NCBI GenBank assembly: GCA_964016885.1
Contig: OZ024749.1
Location: forward strand, 50,158,001-50,222,000
Length of the DNA: 64,000 nt
From: Eledone cirrhosa
Taxonomy: Eukaryota
Direction of reading: 5' to 3'
Below, in pieces: positions 28,939 to 43,918 of the stretch. The notes beneath the pieces are model-generated. The model saw nothing but the letters and a program-made list of their open reading frames with translations, searched no databases and was not told the origin of the DNA. The translations under genes and the position numbers were made by a program. Positions within the stretch are counted from its first letter, which is position 1. The number at the start of each line of letters is the position of its first letter.

Positions 28939-30460
28939 CGCACATAACTGTGTATGTTTATAACACTATAATATATATTGATTTGCTTGTCATGTCACCA
29001 CCTACGAAACTGATACTATATGAACATTTTTTTTTTAACCTGGTTTATTGTTTAATAAGAAAATAATAATGATTTCTAAGTTACCCATCTCACCAGAGAC
29101 TTCGGGCAGGGGTTTAATTCCATTAGATCGAGCACAAAGCTGGATTGGCACTTTAATTCATCAAAGCAGAATTTTGAAAGGCAAAATTCCCTTCAGCAAA
29201 TTAGGATACGGAAAAAATATCGTAGAGAAATTTGTTGAAATGATTGACAATTATTTAAGTAACTGCCACTGGGTCTGGCCGTAACTTGGCGACGGGACTT
29301 GTCTTATGTAACACATGTAGTGTCTCTACAAAGGGGCTTTTCTCTCAGGTAGGTATCAGAACAACGGTGACCCACAGTCTCTCAGCTCACCACCAGTTTG
29401 GCAGCCCTATCCCCTGACTATTCTGGAGAGGGGTAACAACCCTCTTAGAAGAACCATCAACCAGTTAAGAAACCGCTGATCATGGTGCTGAAATAACACT
29501 TGTTTTACGAATAGAAATCCTTATTATTGTTCCATCAACATCGTCATACACAAAGAAGACCTGAAGATGTAATGCACAATGCACCGAACCACTATATATC
29601 CAATTTATAATAATGTAATGTAGGTGTAAAATAACATCACAATCTGCTTTCTTATATTAGGGCATTCTACAAGTTTATGATGATACTGAAGCAATTCACA
29701 AACAAACCTCGACAATATAGTATGGAATTTAGGTAATGAGAAACTGGATAGAAACTTAATATACTGTTACTATGACATCCTATGATACGGCAGCTCCAAA
29801 TCTACCTACGTCATGTTACATGAGAAATATCATGTATTTTATCAACAACAGATCAGTTTTTTGCTGAAAAAACATTGAAAATCTCCTAAAAATATTCACT
29901 ATCTTCACTTCATTTTTTTAAATATTATCGCCAGTATCATTAATCATATTGCAAGAACATGATGAAAAAATGTATTGTTAAATTTTAACGACATGAACAA
30001 TTACAATGGACCTCGGGCCTTGCTTCGCTTCAATGCATAATGCTTCTCAGACAGCATATAAAACTTGCATGGTTCCCGTTAAATACCAATAAATCTCTAT
30101 TTGAGATTATAATCACTCGTTTCTCCTATCACCATATTCATAATTTTCTTTTTATTGCCATATGTTTTCTTCACGAGCTATTTATTTCTATCTCTCATTT
30201 TTTATTATTATTTTGTTTTTCGACATCTCCTGATTCTTAGTCAAGCAAATTGATATTATGATATTCTATACTTTATAGATTCATACAATATTTCACTATG
30301 CCTGCCATTTATTCTCTCTTTAGCATTATTTAAAAGAGCGCATATCAGTCATTATTTTCTACATATTACTTGGTTCCTCAGGAGTACAGTTTATATGAAC
30401 ACTGACACAGACATAAACACATTCAGATAGACATACATTTGTCTACACACACACACAAAC

Positions 30461-30596
<136 letters not shown>

Positions 30597-30924
30597 GTCT
30601 ACACACACACAGGCACACGCACAAACACACACGCACATATAAATATATATATATATATATGTATATATATATGTATATATATATATATGTATACGTGTGT
30701 GTGCGTGTGTGTGTGGGTGTGTGTGTATGTGTGGGTGTGTATGTGCATAGAAACAGAGAACATTTCGAACGCAAGAAAATAACTGCGAACACCGTTACAT
30801 AACTGCGTGAAATACCCACCCGCTACAGATAATCGAACTCTGAACCTCTCAAATTCCGGCACATACTCTTTCACACATACACATGCATAGACATGTACAT
30901 ATACTTAAACTTAAATAACAATTC

Positions 30925-32447
30925 GAAGACCCCTTAACCCTGATATTGTACTCCCGCTACGTTGATGATATAAACATCGTAGTTAAAACACCCCCACTAG
31001 AGAACAGTCAGGAATTAGAGAAAAACACAATGGAAAGCATCCAGCAAATAGCTAACTCCATCCACCAGAGTATTAGAGTTACTATAGACTACCCAAGCAA
31101 ACACCCCAACCATCGATTACCTGTACTAGACACAGAGCCCTGGTTAGATACCATTAATAACAAAAAACAAATCCTCCATTCCCATTATGCAAAACCCATG
31201 ACTTCCAAATTTCTGATCCACCGAAACTCAGCTGTTTCGGACCATACAAAAATCAACATACAGATTGCGGATTTGGTACGGGTGATGAGAAACGTGTCCT
31301 GCATGTGCAACCCCGAAGAACTAGAGAGACCCATACATCACTTCATCTACCGTATGCAGTTCTCTGGTTACAATCAGAGAGACAAAATCAGAGTGTATAG
31401 AGGAGCCAGAACCAAATGGGTAAAAATGGTGAATAATGACACAAACGTGACCTGCCCCTTGTATAGGAGCACAATTTGGAATAGAATAGAAAGAACTAGG
31501 AATAAGGCTAATAGAACAAACTGATGGTATGATAGCAATAAATACCAGAGTGTAATGTTCATCGATACAACCCCTAGAGGTGAATTAGCTTACAAATTTA
31601 GAAGGGTCCTAGATAAACATAAAATCAATATTAAGATAAAAACACTAATTAGCAAGACATACCCTTTTCAAAGACCCCCCTGTATAGATAGGAAATGTAT
31701 AAGCTGTAAATTAAGCCCCCATATTAACTGTAAAACTAGAAATGTAGTATATAGCATAAGATGCACTGAAGGACAATATAGAGATAAAAATATAGTGTAC
31801 ATAGGTGAGACAGCTCGTAGTGTAGGGGAACGGATAAATGAACACTGGCGAGACCTTCAAGATAGTAAAGAATCATATGTATACTACCAACATGCTAAAA
31901 TAGAACATACGGGTAAATTAGAGAACATAGACATAAAAATAGAATATACACACAGAAAAGACGCAATGTTTAGACAAATCACAGAGGCAATAAACATAAA
32001 AGAATTACAACCAAAATTAAATAGAAAACATGAGTGGAACAGCAACATCACAACTGACAATTAAGGACAAAATGAAAACACACACACACATAGAACAAGC
32101 AACCAACCAGTAACATGTAAATAAACAAATAAATAAACGAATATAAACACACACAGACACCCGGATGTGGCGCATGCGCAGACTGAGCACACAACACACA
32201 CACATAAACAAGATGGCGTAGGACAGAATAAAGGAGAGGCACAAAAACAAAGCAAAGAAGAGGTCACATAATGTGTGACGAAATAACGTTGACAATATAT
32301 AAACAACCATCTGGTTGTGGAAACAACCAACCAACCGGAAATTTATAAATTCCTAAATTTATAATTTTTTTATAATAAATTGAAGTGAAAGCGGCTGGTG
32401 CGTGCGTTTCTTATTGGCAACATGACCTTCCCAAAGTATAACAATAT
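30925..32447 (+). mobile_element. 5'-truncated Penelope-like retroelement (lineage 1): RT C-terminal half, Cys linker, GIY-YIG endonuclease and 3' UTR
   Basis: YSRYVDD (RT catalytic), LPVLD, HYAKP, FSGY thumb motifs; C-x4-C-x2-C-x7-C linker; NVVYSIRC...YIGETARSVGERINEH...RQITEA...PKLNRKHE. ORFs 30946-31524 and 31555-32064 are in the same frame, split by one TGA. Confidence 0.93.
32257..32293 (+). ncRNA. hammerhead remnant (stem I 5' strand and CU deleted)
   Basis: gaaga ggtcacata atgtgtgac GAAA taacg tt gac; a more complete paralog is at 59346-59388. Confidence 0.55.
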
Positions 32448-32618
32448 CGGTTTCAACACACGTTTTCAGATAAAAAATCTTGCTAAACAAATTCGGGAAC
32501 GAAATATATATATATATATATATATACATAAACACATGCGTTCGTGTGTGTTAACAATTTGCATCTCTGGATCTCCACTGTCAAGCAGTCTCTCTCTCTT
32601 TCTCTCTCGCTCTCTCTC

Positions 32619-32705
<87 letters not shown>

Positions 32706-34728
32706 ATCTATCTATCTCTCGGTCATCCTCCCACTAACACTTGTTACATACTTACATACATAAGGATGTATGAGTATGAGTATGTATCTTGGGGAAGTGT
32801 ATGTGAGGTCAGCTTTTCAATCGCATCATTCATATACACGTCAAATCGCGCACAACTTTGCTTTCGGTAGACGATGAACCGGCCGTCAAAAAGCACTTCA
32901 AATCTTGCAACATACATTTCAGTTTAATACATAGATTCACAAACCAAACCACCCATATGCAGACACATACATATACGCACATGTGAATGTGGAATGAGAG
33001 TTAGTGAACGATGGCAGAAGGAATAGAAACAGAGTAACACAGATAGAGAGGAATGACAGACGAAGATAATTAGAATAAGAGAGAACCTGTTATGTAAAAT
33101 TTTAACATACGCAGAAAATATCCAAATGTGAGTGCATGGACTCATATATTGCGATTAGAATCCGACAGTTTTCTTTGAAGCAGATAAAAATTCGAAGATG
33201 TATGAAGACAAGACATATCACATTTGTATCTAGTGATATATACAGTTCTTGCTATGTTAATTTCTAGGTAGTGTATCACTACATAAAACTGCGTCGCAAA
33301 TAAAGATAGATATATATTCGATGGATGAATTACTAGACTGAAATCCTGGAAAGAGTTAAGATTAGATGGTTTACATATAGCCCAGAAATCACTGATTATT
33401 AGAAAATTAACTCAAGTATTTGAGCTGTCAATTAGCACAAGAGTAAAATAGAATTTTCATTTTTCGTTTCAGGAGAATCAGAAAAACCAACAATAGCAGT
33501 GAACAATAAATAAAGAACACTTTACGTCTTTAGCAAAGCCAACAATGATCGCTATAAGGATTAGGATATACCTTGTTAATTCTCTGCATACGGCATGTAT
33601 AACACGCGATATCAATTGATTTTTCTTTGGCAATTTGTAGAATGCAAGTGCATGGAGTAAGATATATTGTAGGGTCACATATTTGGAACTGGTTACATAT
33701 AAAGTGCTAATGTTTAACAGAGAATATTTAACATTGTTAAATTAGAATAGTTAATGTTACATTGGCAACAATTTACTTAAGTAGAGGTATGAGAGCTTCA
33801 AAATACACGAATTTACATAAATTAGTATCAACAGTTTCCTTTGCATTGAAGGCAGGTGTAATCCAAAGATAGGAGACAAAGCACTAACAATTCTACTCGT
33901 AAATAATACATGTGGTGTACTCACAAGTTGAATGTGCACCCACCAAGTTAAAATAAATTCAGTGCGGACTCACTCATCAATTTCACTTTCAAGGAAATTA
34001 ACCCGCCCACATACACAGATTTGAATAATTGAAGTCTTATGGTTTGGCAATAGAAGAAATAAATTCGCAGAGCAATTCCCACGGCTTTATTCATGCATAT
34101 AAAATGAAAATTATGTGCAAAAGTCTAGTGTACCTATCTACCGAACAGTATATTTTACTCGAACTCGAGGTAATGAAAGGTAAATATATTTATTCGATAT
34201 GAAATGTTTATATTCGTTTCAAATATACAGCCATTCGAAATAGAATGACTTGTTTTAATACACCCTCTATAAGTAAATAAACGGTTTGCATATAAAAAAA
34301 TAATCTAAATCTCTCGAAGTCAAAAATGCAGTGCGAAGTTTAAGTTTAGAATGAACTAAAGTTCTGCCATATAATTCAGTAAAATCATGTATGAATTTCT
34401 TACTTAATGTGTTGTAGAAGTGTCACCTCGACATCTCGCTTTAATTAAGCAAACATCTATATAACGAAGAAAAAGTTTCAACATTTTCAGTCACACATTT
34501 AAATAAATTTACGTGGAACAAATCGTGTTTGGAAAACAGACTTTAACATATACTATCAACGAAATCAATTTAAAATAATGGAAGTTAAATTAACAGGAAG
34601 TTTCCGTCTACTAATTTAAACATTCCATGTATGGTGTACATAAAACGCAGGATGTAGTTTGAAGCGTTTTATAAATATATATATATATAGAGAGAGAGAG
34701 TTTGAGAGAGAGAGTGTGTGTGTGTGTG

Positions 34729-34795
<67 letters not shown>

Positions 34796-36127
34796 ACTCA
34801 ATCATGCATACACACACACAGATACACACACACACATATTTATATATATACATATGCGTATGTGTGTATGCATACACATGTATACGTTTTCCACAATGTA
34901 TATGAGGTTGATAAATCGTACGTTTTAAAACACGGTTTGCCTTTTAGCTAAACATCAAATAATTAGTCTATAACACTGAAGATTATGTAACTGAATTTAA
35001 ACCAAGCTAAATTACTTTTTCTACTTAGACACATAAATTGGTAGCCATCAGTAATTCTGGTCATGGTCGATTAATCCAGCTTTTATCTATGTTTATTTTT
35101 CAGCGAAAATTCTATTAACATGTGTGTTTATTATAAATGTGATTTTGTTTCTAAGCTTTTATATATACTTTCTATAATGTTATATCCAATTGGATACATT
35201 TTTAGAAATTAAAAAGTATTTAGTATATGTCTTTGTTTGTATACTACATTTATATTCTGGAAAAATTATATAATGTAGCAACCTTATCTCGCATAAAAAA
35301 AAGTGTCTTTGTTCTTTTTTATTTCAAACATTTATATTTATTTATATAATCAATATCATATGCATTTCATTTTTATTTGTTAATGTTTAGTGATGTATAT
35401 TTCTTAGATTTTACTTTACTTTATTATACATCATGTAATATTTTCCTGGCTAAATGTTTTATAATGTATTAGCCGATTTAGATTTAGAATTATCGTATTC
35501 ATCTTAGTATTTGTCATTATCATAATGCGTATTACACATCGTTGAATGTATAATTCTTGACGAATTAAAAGTGATATCTCGTTTGAATACATATGTATTT
35601 ATTTGAAGGTTAAACTAGCCGTTTCAGTCGTGTTTGTATTTGTAAAGGCAATACATCCTATCCTCGTTTATGTATGACTTTTAACAGCATGGCTAATACC
35701 ATGCATGTATGCAATAACCTCTTCATTCTCTAGAGGAACATTGATTTCCTATATTGTAATTCTCTAGCATTTAGTTTTATCTGATGTCACTAGGTTTGAG
35801 AAAAATAGTCCAATACAGGAAATATGAAAATACATCCTTGAATTTATTCGTACCAAATTATTATTTTGACGGAAAAATACATTTATAAGTATTATATAGT
35901 CCTACATGCATTGAGGGCTTCGCGAAATTCACAAAACGAATTTATTGATATTGAAGTACTCAGAAGATCTATTTATAGCAAGGTTTATGCATGTTAAACT
36001 ATTTAAATGGTAAAACTTAAATGAAATTACATTAGCAAACAATTATATTTACAGACATACTTAAGTTACAACCACAAACTTTGAAACTACGCATCGGAAT
36101 ATGAAGAAAATTCGGATAAAACAAATA

Positions 36128-36222
<95 letters not shown>

Positions 36223-36438
36223 ATTATAATTTTCAGCCGTGTATCTATTCTTTTCCAGATATGTTAGTATATTTCCTCTAGTCTTGTTTAACTCTGGGTG
36301 TGTTAGAATACTGATAAAACTATCATAAATGAGCACAATTTTCACTCAATCTTAATCCACTGTTTTATGTATGTGTCTGTAAATGTGTGAGTATCTGTAG
36401 TATAACTATTTGTGCCAGTATATATATTTCTTTTTACT

Positions 36439-36483
<45 letters not shown>

Positions 36484-36543
36484 ACATAAACACACACACA
36501 CCCACACACCCACACACACCCACACACACACGCACACATATAT

Positions 36544-36599
<56 letters not shown>

Positions 36600-37338
36600 T
36601 AAGATGACTTCATTTCTTTTTGATTAGTTTAAGAACATTTCTTCTAATGTGAAAATCAACTATTTCACCTAGGCCCACCTCCCCTCAGACCCCGCCACGT
36701 GGACGTTTCGATATGGAGTCTTAATTTTTTTTATATGGAATATATCTTCACATAAGATATCTTTATAACAACAAAGCTTCAGAATGCAATTGATCACAGC
36801 CTTATCGTTGTTTCTAATTCAATGATTCTATGTGATGTTTCGTACTGGTCCGCGAAAACGAAATTCTTTATCGAATTTCCTATGTGAATACATTACATTT
36901 GAAGCTAAACATGAAAGCTAGGCGAAAGTCAATTGTCGAATTATATGCTAAATATATCAATATGACCTGTTTCTAGAGAATATATTTGAAAAAAAATATT
37001 CGAGTTGATATTATAATAAAAAGCGAGCTTCTTATTCTGCAACATATATGCTTTTATGTATCATCGACAATACTAAATTCTCCAAGAAAATATGATAACC
37101 ACTTGTATGCCGTTCGTAAACTATAGCATATCGATTTGCCGGCGGAATCGTTGAATGGAGCGAACGAAATTTACGCATCTTTTAAAGGCTACAGCAACAC
37201 TGAATACTTCAGCAACATTGTTGTATATGTATATAGAAATATACTTCCTTTCTATTTCTCCCTCACACAGACACAGACACACACACATACACACGCACAC
37301 ACATACACACACACACATACACATACCTATATATATAC

Positions 37339-37374
<36 letters not shown>

Positions 37375-37538
37375 TTATATATATCTATGCATGGTGGTAT
37401 ACTATCCTCAAGAAAATAATCGATAGATGCAATCCATATAATATTTTTGTATTTTCAAAGTATTTATTCCATCAATATTCGAAACGCACATTAATATATA
37501 CACGGCATGAAATAGATGTCTATATGTCTATGTCTCTT

Positions 37539-37726
<188 letters not shown>

Positions 37727-37745
37727 TAAATATATATATATATAC

Positions 37746-37818
<73 letters not shown>

Positions 37819-37959
37819 TATAGATATATAGATATATGTATAGAGTAAGATGGCTGCAAAGAATATGTGTACATATTAGTGGACGTTGGTGCAGTGTCTG
37901 TCCGACATTCTGTATTTGTGAATACATAATGTTATCCCATATATATCTATATATCTGTA

Positions 37960-38035
<76 letters not shown>

Positions 38036-40662
38036 GGTGTGTGTGTGTGTGTTTGTGTGTATGAATGTATATACTGTGGGTCAATCATGCTGATCAATTA
38101 GAGTTTACTTTGCAGTCTTAAACATCGATTCATAAACAATAGTTTAAAATGTTGTCCAAATATTTCTCTGACGGACGATACAACTAAATTAATCCCTAAT
38201 TACTGTCCAACCATGACACATGTTATTCAATAGCGGTATATTTAATGACGTATCTTTCATTGTACAGAAGGAGCTTTCATTATACGTAATATTTCGTTTT
38301 ACATACGCTGGTAACTTAGAAGAATTGCAGGTATTCACAGCATTTTAAAATGTTATTCTGATAGTATTTAGCATGCACCTTTATTTGAGATATAATGCCG
38401 TTCACTGTGTATTGCTTTAATATTGTTTAACTAGAATAATTTTCCCAACAGTAATAAGCCTCACATAAACGTAACAACAGACTTCCTTTGTGCCGGCGTC
38501 ATTCATTAATTACCATCCAATTTATTTGAATGAATTTAGACTGAAGCGATGCTCTAAAAGAAAAATAAATATCATGACGAAGCAGAAAGCTAACAAACAT
38601 ACAAGCAATATATACATAATGTTTGTGTTGAACAGAAAACGTTGAACAGAGCGAACGAACAAAGAACGACAAGGTAACTAAATATAGAAGTCGAAGTATC
38701 GGAATAATGAGAAAAATGAACCATTCTACTGAAGATGACTTACAAGTTAGACAGAGATGCTATTTAGCCTGAAGCATAGTGTGAAGAATCTAAAATTTCT
38801 ACAATCGAAATAGAGAATATTTAAGCGCAATTCTTTAGTTTGGTCAAACAGATAAGGACTTGTTTGCAATAATAATTGACACATGAAACTTAACATTAAG
38901 TTACGTATTGATTTCTAATATAGTCATATGGCAATTAAATTATCAGTCAGGAAATGAGGTTGTATGATTTTCATGTATTACTAAACGGCGATTCTACGTG
39001 AAAAGAATAATTTTAATACGAAAAAGAATATTAATATCTGGTTTTAGTTCATTGTTAAGTCACAACATGATGTGTACGTCTACTAACTTTCAATCTATTA
39101 TTTAGATTAATCTATAAACAAAACAATTTTTCATTATTTATTCAAATATTTCAAGTACCCAAAATGGAAAATACGTAGTAATAGAAGTATACTGGTTAAT
39201 TATAAAAGGTTATATTTATTTATTTCCTTTCTCTCACTCTCACCCTATCCTTTTCACACCTCAAGGGCAAGCCTTACACCACTACACCACACTATCTGAT
39301 CCACCCTTCCCTCTACACAAAGCATCCTATCTATCTATAACTTTATACACTAGAAATATCCCCATAAACACCAACTTTTAATACAATTACTTTCAATTAG
39401 TTATAATTATAAAGGGATAGAAATATAATACAGTCTATATAAACTTTAAATCCTAGATACGGCAGTGAATTATATATGCAATTGTAATTAAATGTATGGA
39501 GTAATAACATTAGATATATATAGGATTAATTTATTAACATAAGGGATCTGTCTAACTTATATGTAGGGTGGTGCAATGAATTATGTATGAATTATATATG
39601 CATGTATAACTTGATGGATGGATTAATGACATTGTAAATGAGGGATGTATTTGTCTACCCAAGAGATGTATTTGATTTTATCATGCAAACAGTCATACGC
39701 TGCTCCATAGCTCACCAGGGGTTATGTAGACGCAATTCTAATTGGTCCTCTGATATGTTTTGAGAGTAGACTGAATTTAGAGTGAACTTTATATATAAAG
39801 ATATAGCACTGTGTGTGGGAAATTCAATTATAACGGTATACAATAAAGAGTAATCAACTTCCTATAGATACCTTTAATACATCATGATAGAGTAGACTGT
39901 ATTTAAAATTGAAAATTAGATATAAATATATAACCTTTTATATAAGGGACTCAATTGAGGTACCGTATAATGTATGTTAGAATAATGAATTTAGTTATGA
40001 GAATCAGCTATTTACCTCCCCTTACGCATTAACTCCCCTTAATTACACACCTACTTCCGGGTAATAAACCACTGTAAATTCTCGCAGCAGAAATAACCTA
40101 TTCTATAAATATGGATTAAATAACACTGAGCCTTAATACGCTCCAATAATTTAATGCACTTATGTGATGGATGTAAACACTATGTCTTCCTTTTTCTGAA
40201 TGTGAAAATGGTGGTAGATGCGAAAACTATAACTTTCTTTTTCTTTTTCTTTTTCATTTTCTTTTTCTGCACACATACTTGTTTGATTTATACAAAAAGA
40301 ACCCTACCACTATAACCACCATAATACTCTTGCTTACCCGCTTAAAGTGCTTGCATTACATGTAACACTTTGCCACACAATAATCGTATATAAATGAGAC
40401 ACACTTGCTTGCTCCATGTGTGACTAATGCATACACTACCTACTAGATCTGATTATCAAACTATCCTCTTACATTATCTGTGTTATCTGCCGCATGTATT
40501 TTAAATTTAATTTTAATTTTGATTTTAATTTAAAATTTGAATTGCTGTACAAATATAGTATAGTGTAATATATGTCACTCCACTGTACATCAATATATAC
40601 ATTTGTATCTGTATGCCTCTTTCGTTGGATAGGAGGTCAATGATATGTACACGTATTGAAAA

Positions 40663-40713
40663 ATTCTCCGAAGACACCAAGCCTAGGTTTGGATGAAACA
40701 ATTGTAAGTGAAT
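40663..40713 (+). ncRNA. minimal hammerhead motif, one core mutation
   Basis: attct CCGAAGA caccaagcctaggtttggat GAAA CAATTG TA agtgaat. About 35 nt later the element ends in (TA)n. Confidence 0.6.
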
Positions 40714-40746
40714 AAATGCTTTGAACATAGCTTTGATTCTTGTGAA

Positions 40747-40796
<50 letters not shown>

Positions 40797-40803
<7 letters not shown>

Positions 40804-41762
40804 AAGAATGAAGAGTAACATGGTTGACTGTACAATATTTAATTAAAGTCCTGACAAATGTTTTGTTGATCAGGTGAGTCTAGATTTCGCTAATCGCCTG
40901 AGGTTGCGTCATTCGATCTCCAATACCGTATTTACCTCTGATCCAGACATCCCAGTACGTAGATATGAAAGTAATTCACTCGAGGCAAGACGTATATAGA
41001 AAAATAGCGTATAATCAAAACAATAACATCAATAATAAAACATGTATGGTAAATAGGTAGAGAAGTTACAGATGTAAAAAGTAAAAAGTAAAATATGAGG
41101 GTACATTGAAAATAATAAAATGACAACATGGAAAAAATTAAGAAAGAAATAAGTGAGAGCGTGTAAGTACATAGTAGTAGTTTTTGAGTAAGTGTTCTTA
41201 TAAGGATCCGTTGGTGGGTTTAGTGGTAACATGAGAAACCAGATTGAGATGTATATAGATACGTGTAGAGGGATCGATAAAAGAAAAGACAATAAATTAG
41301 AGATTAATTGGTAGATACATGCATGATATTTATGGGCTAGGGATGACGGGGCATTTGATAAACGCTTGTTGCGGGACATTTGATAGACGCTCTGCTGTTT
41401 CAGGGAGAAGTGTGAAAGAGATGATCAGAGATTTATGATCCAGTGAACCGCTGGCCGTTTGATACCTAATTGTAGTGCGATAGTGTGTGTTCTATATGTT
41501 AAAATGTAGGTGGTTCAGTACTCATTTTGGGATTGCTGGTTCAAATCATGGTGGTTTGAAGTTTGTGAATCTAGTAGCTATGTATGCCTACAGAAATTTG
41601 ATCTTTCTATTTTGCTGTTAAGCAGTATCCCATCGTACCTTAAAATATGTAGTAGTTCTAAATTGCAAAGCCCGAAGTGGGACATACAGTTGCTGTAGGC
41701 TTTGGCTACCGATAATTCTGACCAGCTATTCTTATATTCTAGGTTTTTATCCTTAAGGGTAA
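40797..41762 (-). mobile_element. PLE lineage 2 fragment: endonuclease C-terminus plus 3' UTR ending at (TA)n
   Basis: LKDKNLEYKNSW...AKAY...GLCNLELLHI...LLNSKIERSNFCRH matches the 21.3-21.6 kb peptide. Terminus ttcattctttaact-(TA)n. Confidence 0.75.
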
Positions 41763-42526
41763 CACTAATGAAGCAATAGACTGGTTCAGCAAAATAAACA
41801 GTAGAGAAAGATCTAGCTTCGTACAAGTCGACATTAATGACTACTACTCATCCATATCCCCAGTCACCCTGGGGGAAGCGCTAACCTTTGCCCAGAAAAA
41901 TTCGGACCTCACCAGAACCTTCGAAGATATTTAAATATTGTACTCGTAAAATATTGTGTTTTTCCTCGGGACTCTTAAGTTAGTATATGGGGGCAGCTAG
42001 TGGGATCTATCAGTTTGCTCATTACTATTATTTTAATACCACAATTTGAAAACCCAAACGAACATTGGTCACTATTTTATGGCATTTTATGAAATCACTA
42101 TCACTTTGGTAGAAGAATATCTCCCAATTAATAGTTTAGATCCACTGAAGAACGGTTAGCCTCATCTGAGTATTCATCTTTGCTTAAATTTTGTTTTTAT
42201 TTTTCACGCTATATCTCAGAGTAAATAGACGCTTTTCTGATATTAGTTTCACAAAGCAAGTATTACATATATTATAGAATATTTTTTTGCTTTTGAACCA
42301 AACTGACAATACAGGAATTACACCTCATAAATGAGATTGTTAAATTAGAATGGTGATTATAGCCTGGGGAAGTCAAAAATGAACTAAAGTATGAAATGCG
42401 GTGGTGGGGGGATTTAAAGTTGGATAAACATTAAAAAGCATATTAAATCTGAGGCGGTGCCATCAAAGAGAAACTATTTAGATAAAAGAACACGCCATGT
42501 GTTAATAATGACACGTAAATAACAAT

Positions 42527-42568
<42 letters not shown>

Positions 42569-42572
<4 letters not shown>

Positions 42573-42870
42573 AATGATTAATAACACAGGTAGACATCAT
42601 AAAAATGTAATTTATTCCAAGTGTTTACAATTGTTTCTTTAGTAGTTACATTGCCAATCATGCTATATGCAAATTAGTAGTTATTAATTTGCAGATACTA
42701 CATTTTCAAATGCTCCTCGTACCACCAAATCAGTAGAACGAATGGTTGAATCATGGTTTGTTTATATTTCTAAAAGGAAGTAATTGGGGATGATAGAGTA
42801 GAAAAGGAAGGGAGAAAGAAAGGGAGGGGCAGAGATAGGCATGTTGGGGTAGGAGAGGTTTGAAGAATAC
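42569..42870 (-). mobile_element. PLE lineage 2 3' end with degenerate hammerhead, abutting (TA)n
   Basis: Aligns with 20653-20900 (acaggtagacatcataaaaa..taatttattcc; atgctat..tgcaaatt..atttgcaga). Confidence 0.72.
42623..42739 (-). ncRNA. degenerate hammerhead, paralog of 20709-20820
   Basis: Reverse complement: gtt CTACTGA tttggtggt...actactaaa GAAA CAATTG TA aac. Confidence 0.62.
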
Positions 42871-43349
42871 AGATTAATCTAAATGATATACTTTTTCTTA
42901 ATTTCATCAATGAACAATTTGCAATTAGTTTCACGCGCCTATACCTCTTGTCCAAATCATGCAATGTCTACATGATTGAATATATCATATATATCTGATC
43001 TATATATTGTATATATGACTATCTTTTGTCATTTTGTACAACGAGACACATTACAAAAATGACAGATACGAATATCAGAAATAGGGAAACAGTTCTAACT
43101 GATAATTTACACATATCTGGGATGAACATTTTAATTATTTTATTCATATAAATGTTCAAGAGATGTTCCAAATTAACGACTAAATTAATAAAATAACTTA
43201 TAAAGAAATTTACAATATTCTTGGTCAGCATATATCCATCTCTATGCTATCTTCATTTATCTACTCTACTTTGTGTCTCTGGAATACGTCAAATAGACAA
43301 AAAAATAAGCGGAAACAGAGATGAGGATGAATGGTCATTATATAAGGCC

Positions 43350-43550
43350 CAGGTTGCCGTAGATACCCCAGGCATCCTCCATCGTCGCATAACCGAGATC
43401 TTCCGTAAAATCGGATCATCAGCAGCCAGTCTGAGGAAGGAGCCCCACAGGGTGATTTCACTTTTGCAGCGGGTGTCACTGTCTTCTCATAGCGGAAATG
43501 CCTTTCCAGGTTTATCTGAGGGACGCAAACTAAACAGCACCAAAACATAG
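43350..43550 (+). mobile_element. C-terminal fragment of a CRE-like (RLE-class) non-LTR retrotransposon
   Basis: AVDTPG...IFRKIG...EP...LLQRVSL...GNA resembles the ET.G...QRISxxxQRGNA C-terminus; paralogous to 49619-49819. Confidence 0.55.
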
Positions 43551-43918
43551 TTGTGGAGTCTGTAAAACCTGTCCCTTCCCCTTCACTTTCTTCCTTACCT
43601 AATAGTACTTCCACTTTCCATTTATGTCTTACCTTCTCCTCGTTTTCCTCTTAAGTATGTCAGTTATAGTCATTTCCTTTACTATACAGTCACATCTCCC
43701 CTTTTTTACGGCTTCCTACATTTTTATTTACTTAATTTAAATTTTATCCATTATTAATTATTTCCATCATTGTAAAACTTCTGTTTGTATTATCAAACTG
43801 TAGAGAAGCTTAACAACAGGGTGTTTTTCGTTCACAGCAAGACACCCTATCACAATATCTTTCTAAATACATTTATTCACACCAAGTACTCTGCGATACT
43901 AATACAAATCGAAGTGAA

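Noticed and set aside
29262-29480. GC-richer patch, possibly a LINE 5' UTR (similar unexplained patches at 41850-41930 and 56380-56700)
   Set aside because: No second copy or diagnostic motif in the window to support a call.
30931-30943. cccttaaccctga as telomeric repeat at the PLE 5' junction
   Set aside because: Only two imperfect units, and they lie within the open RT frame.
31522-31524. Assigning the PLE to the Naiad selenoprotein clade
   Set aside because: Domain order is RT then endonuclease, and the TGA is not at an evident Cys position.
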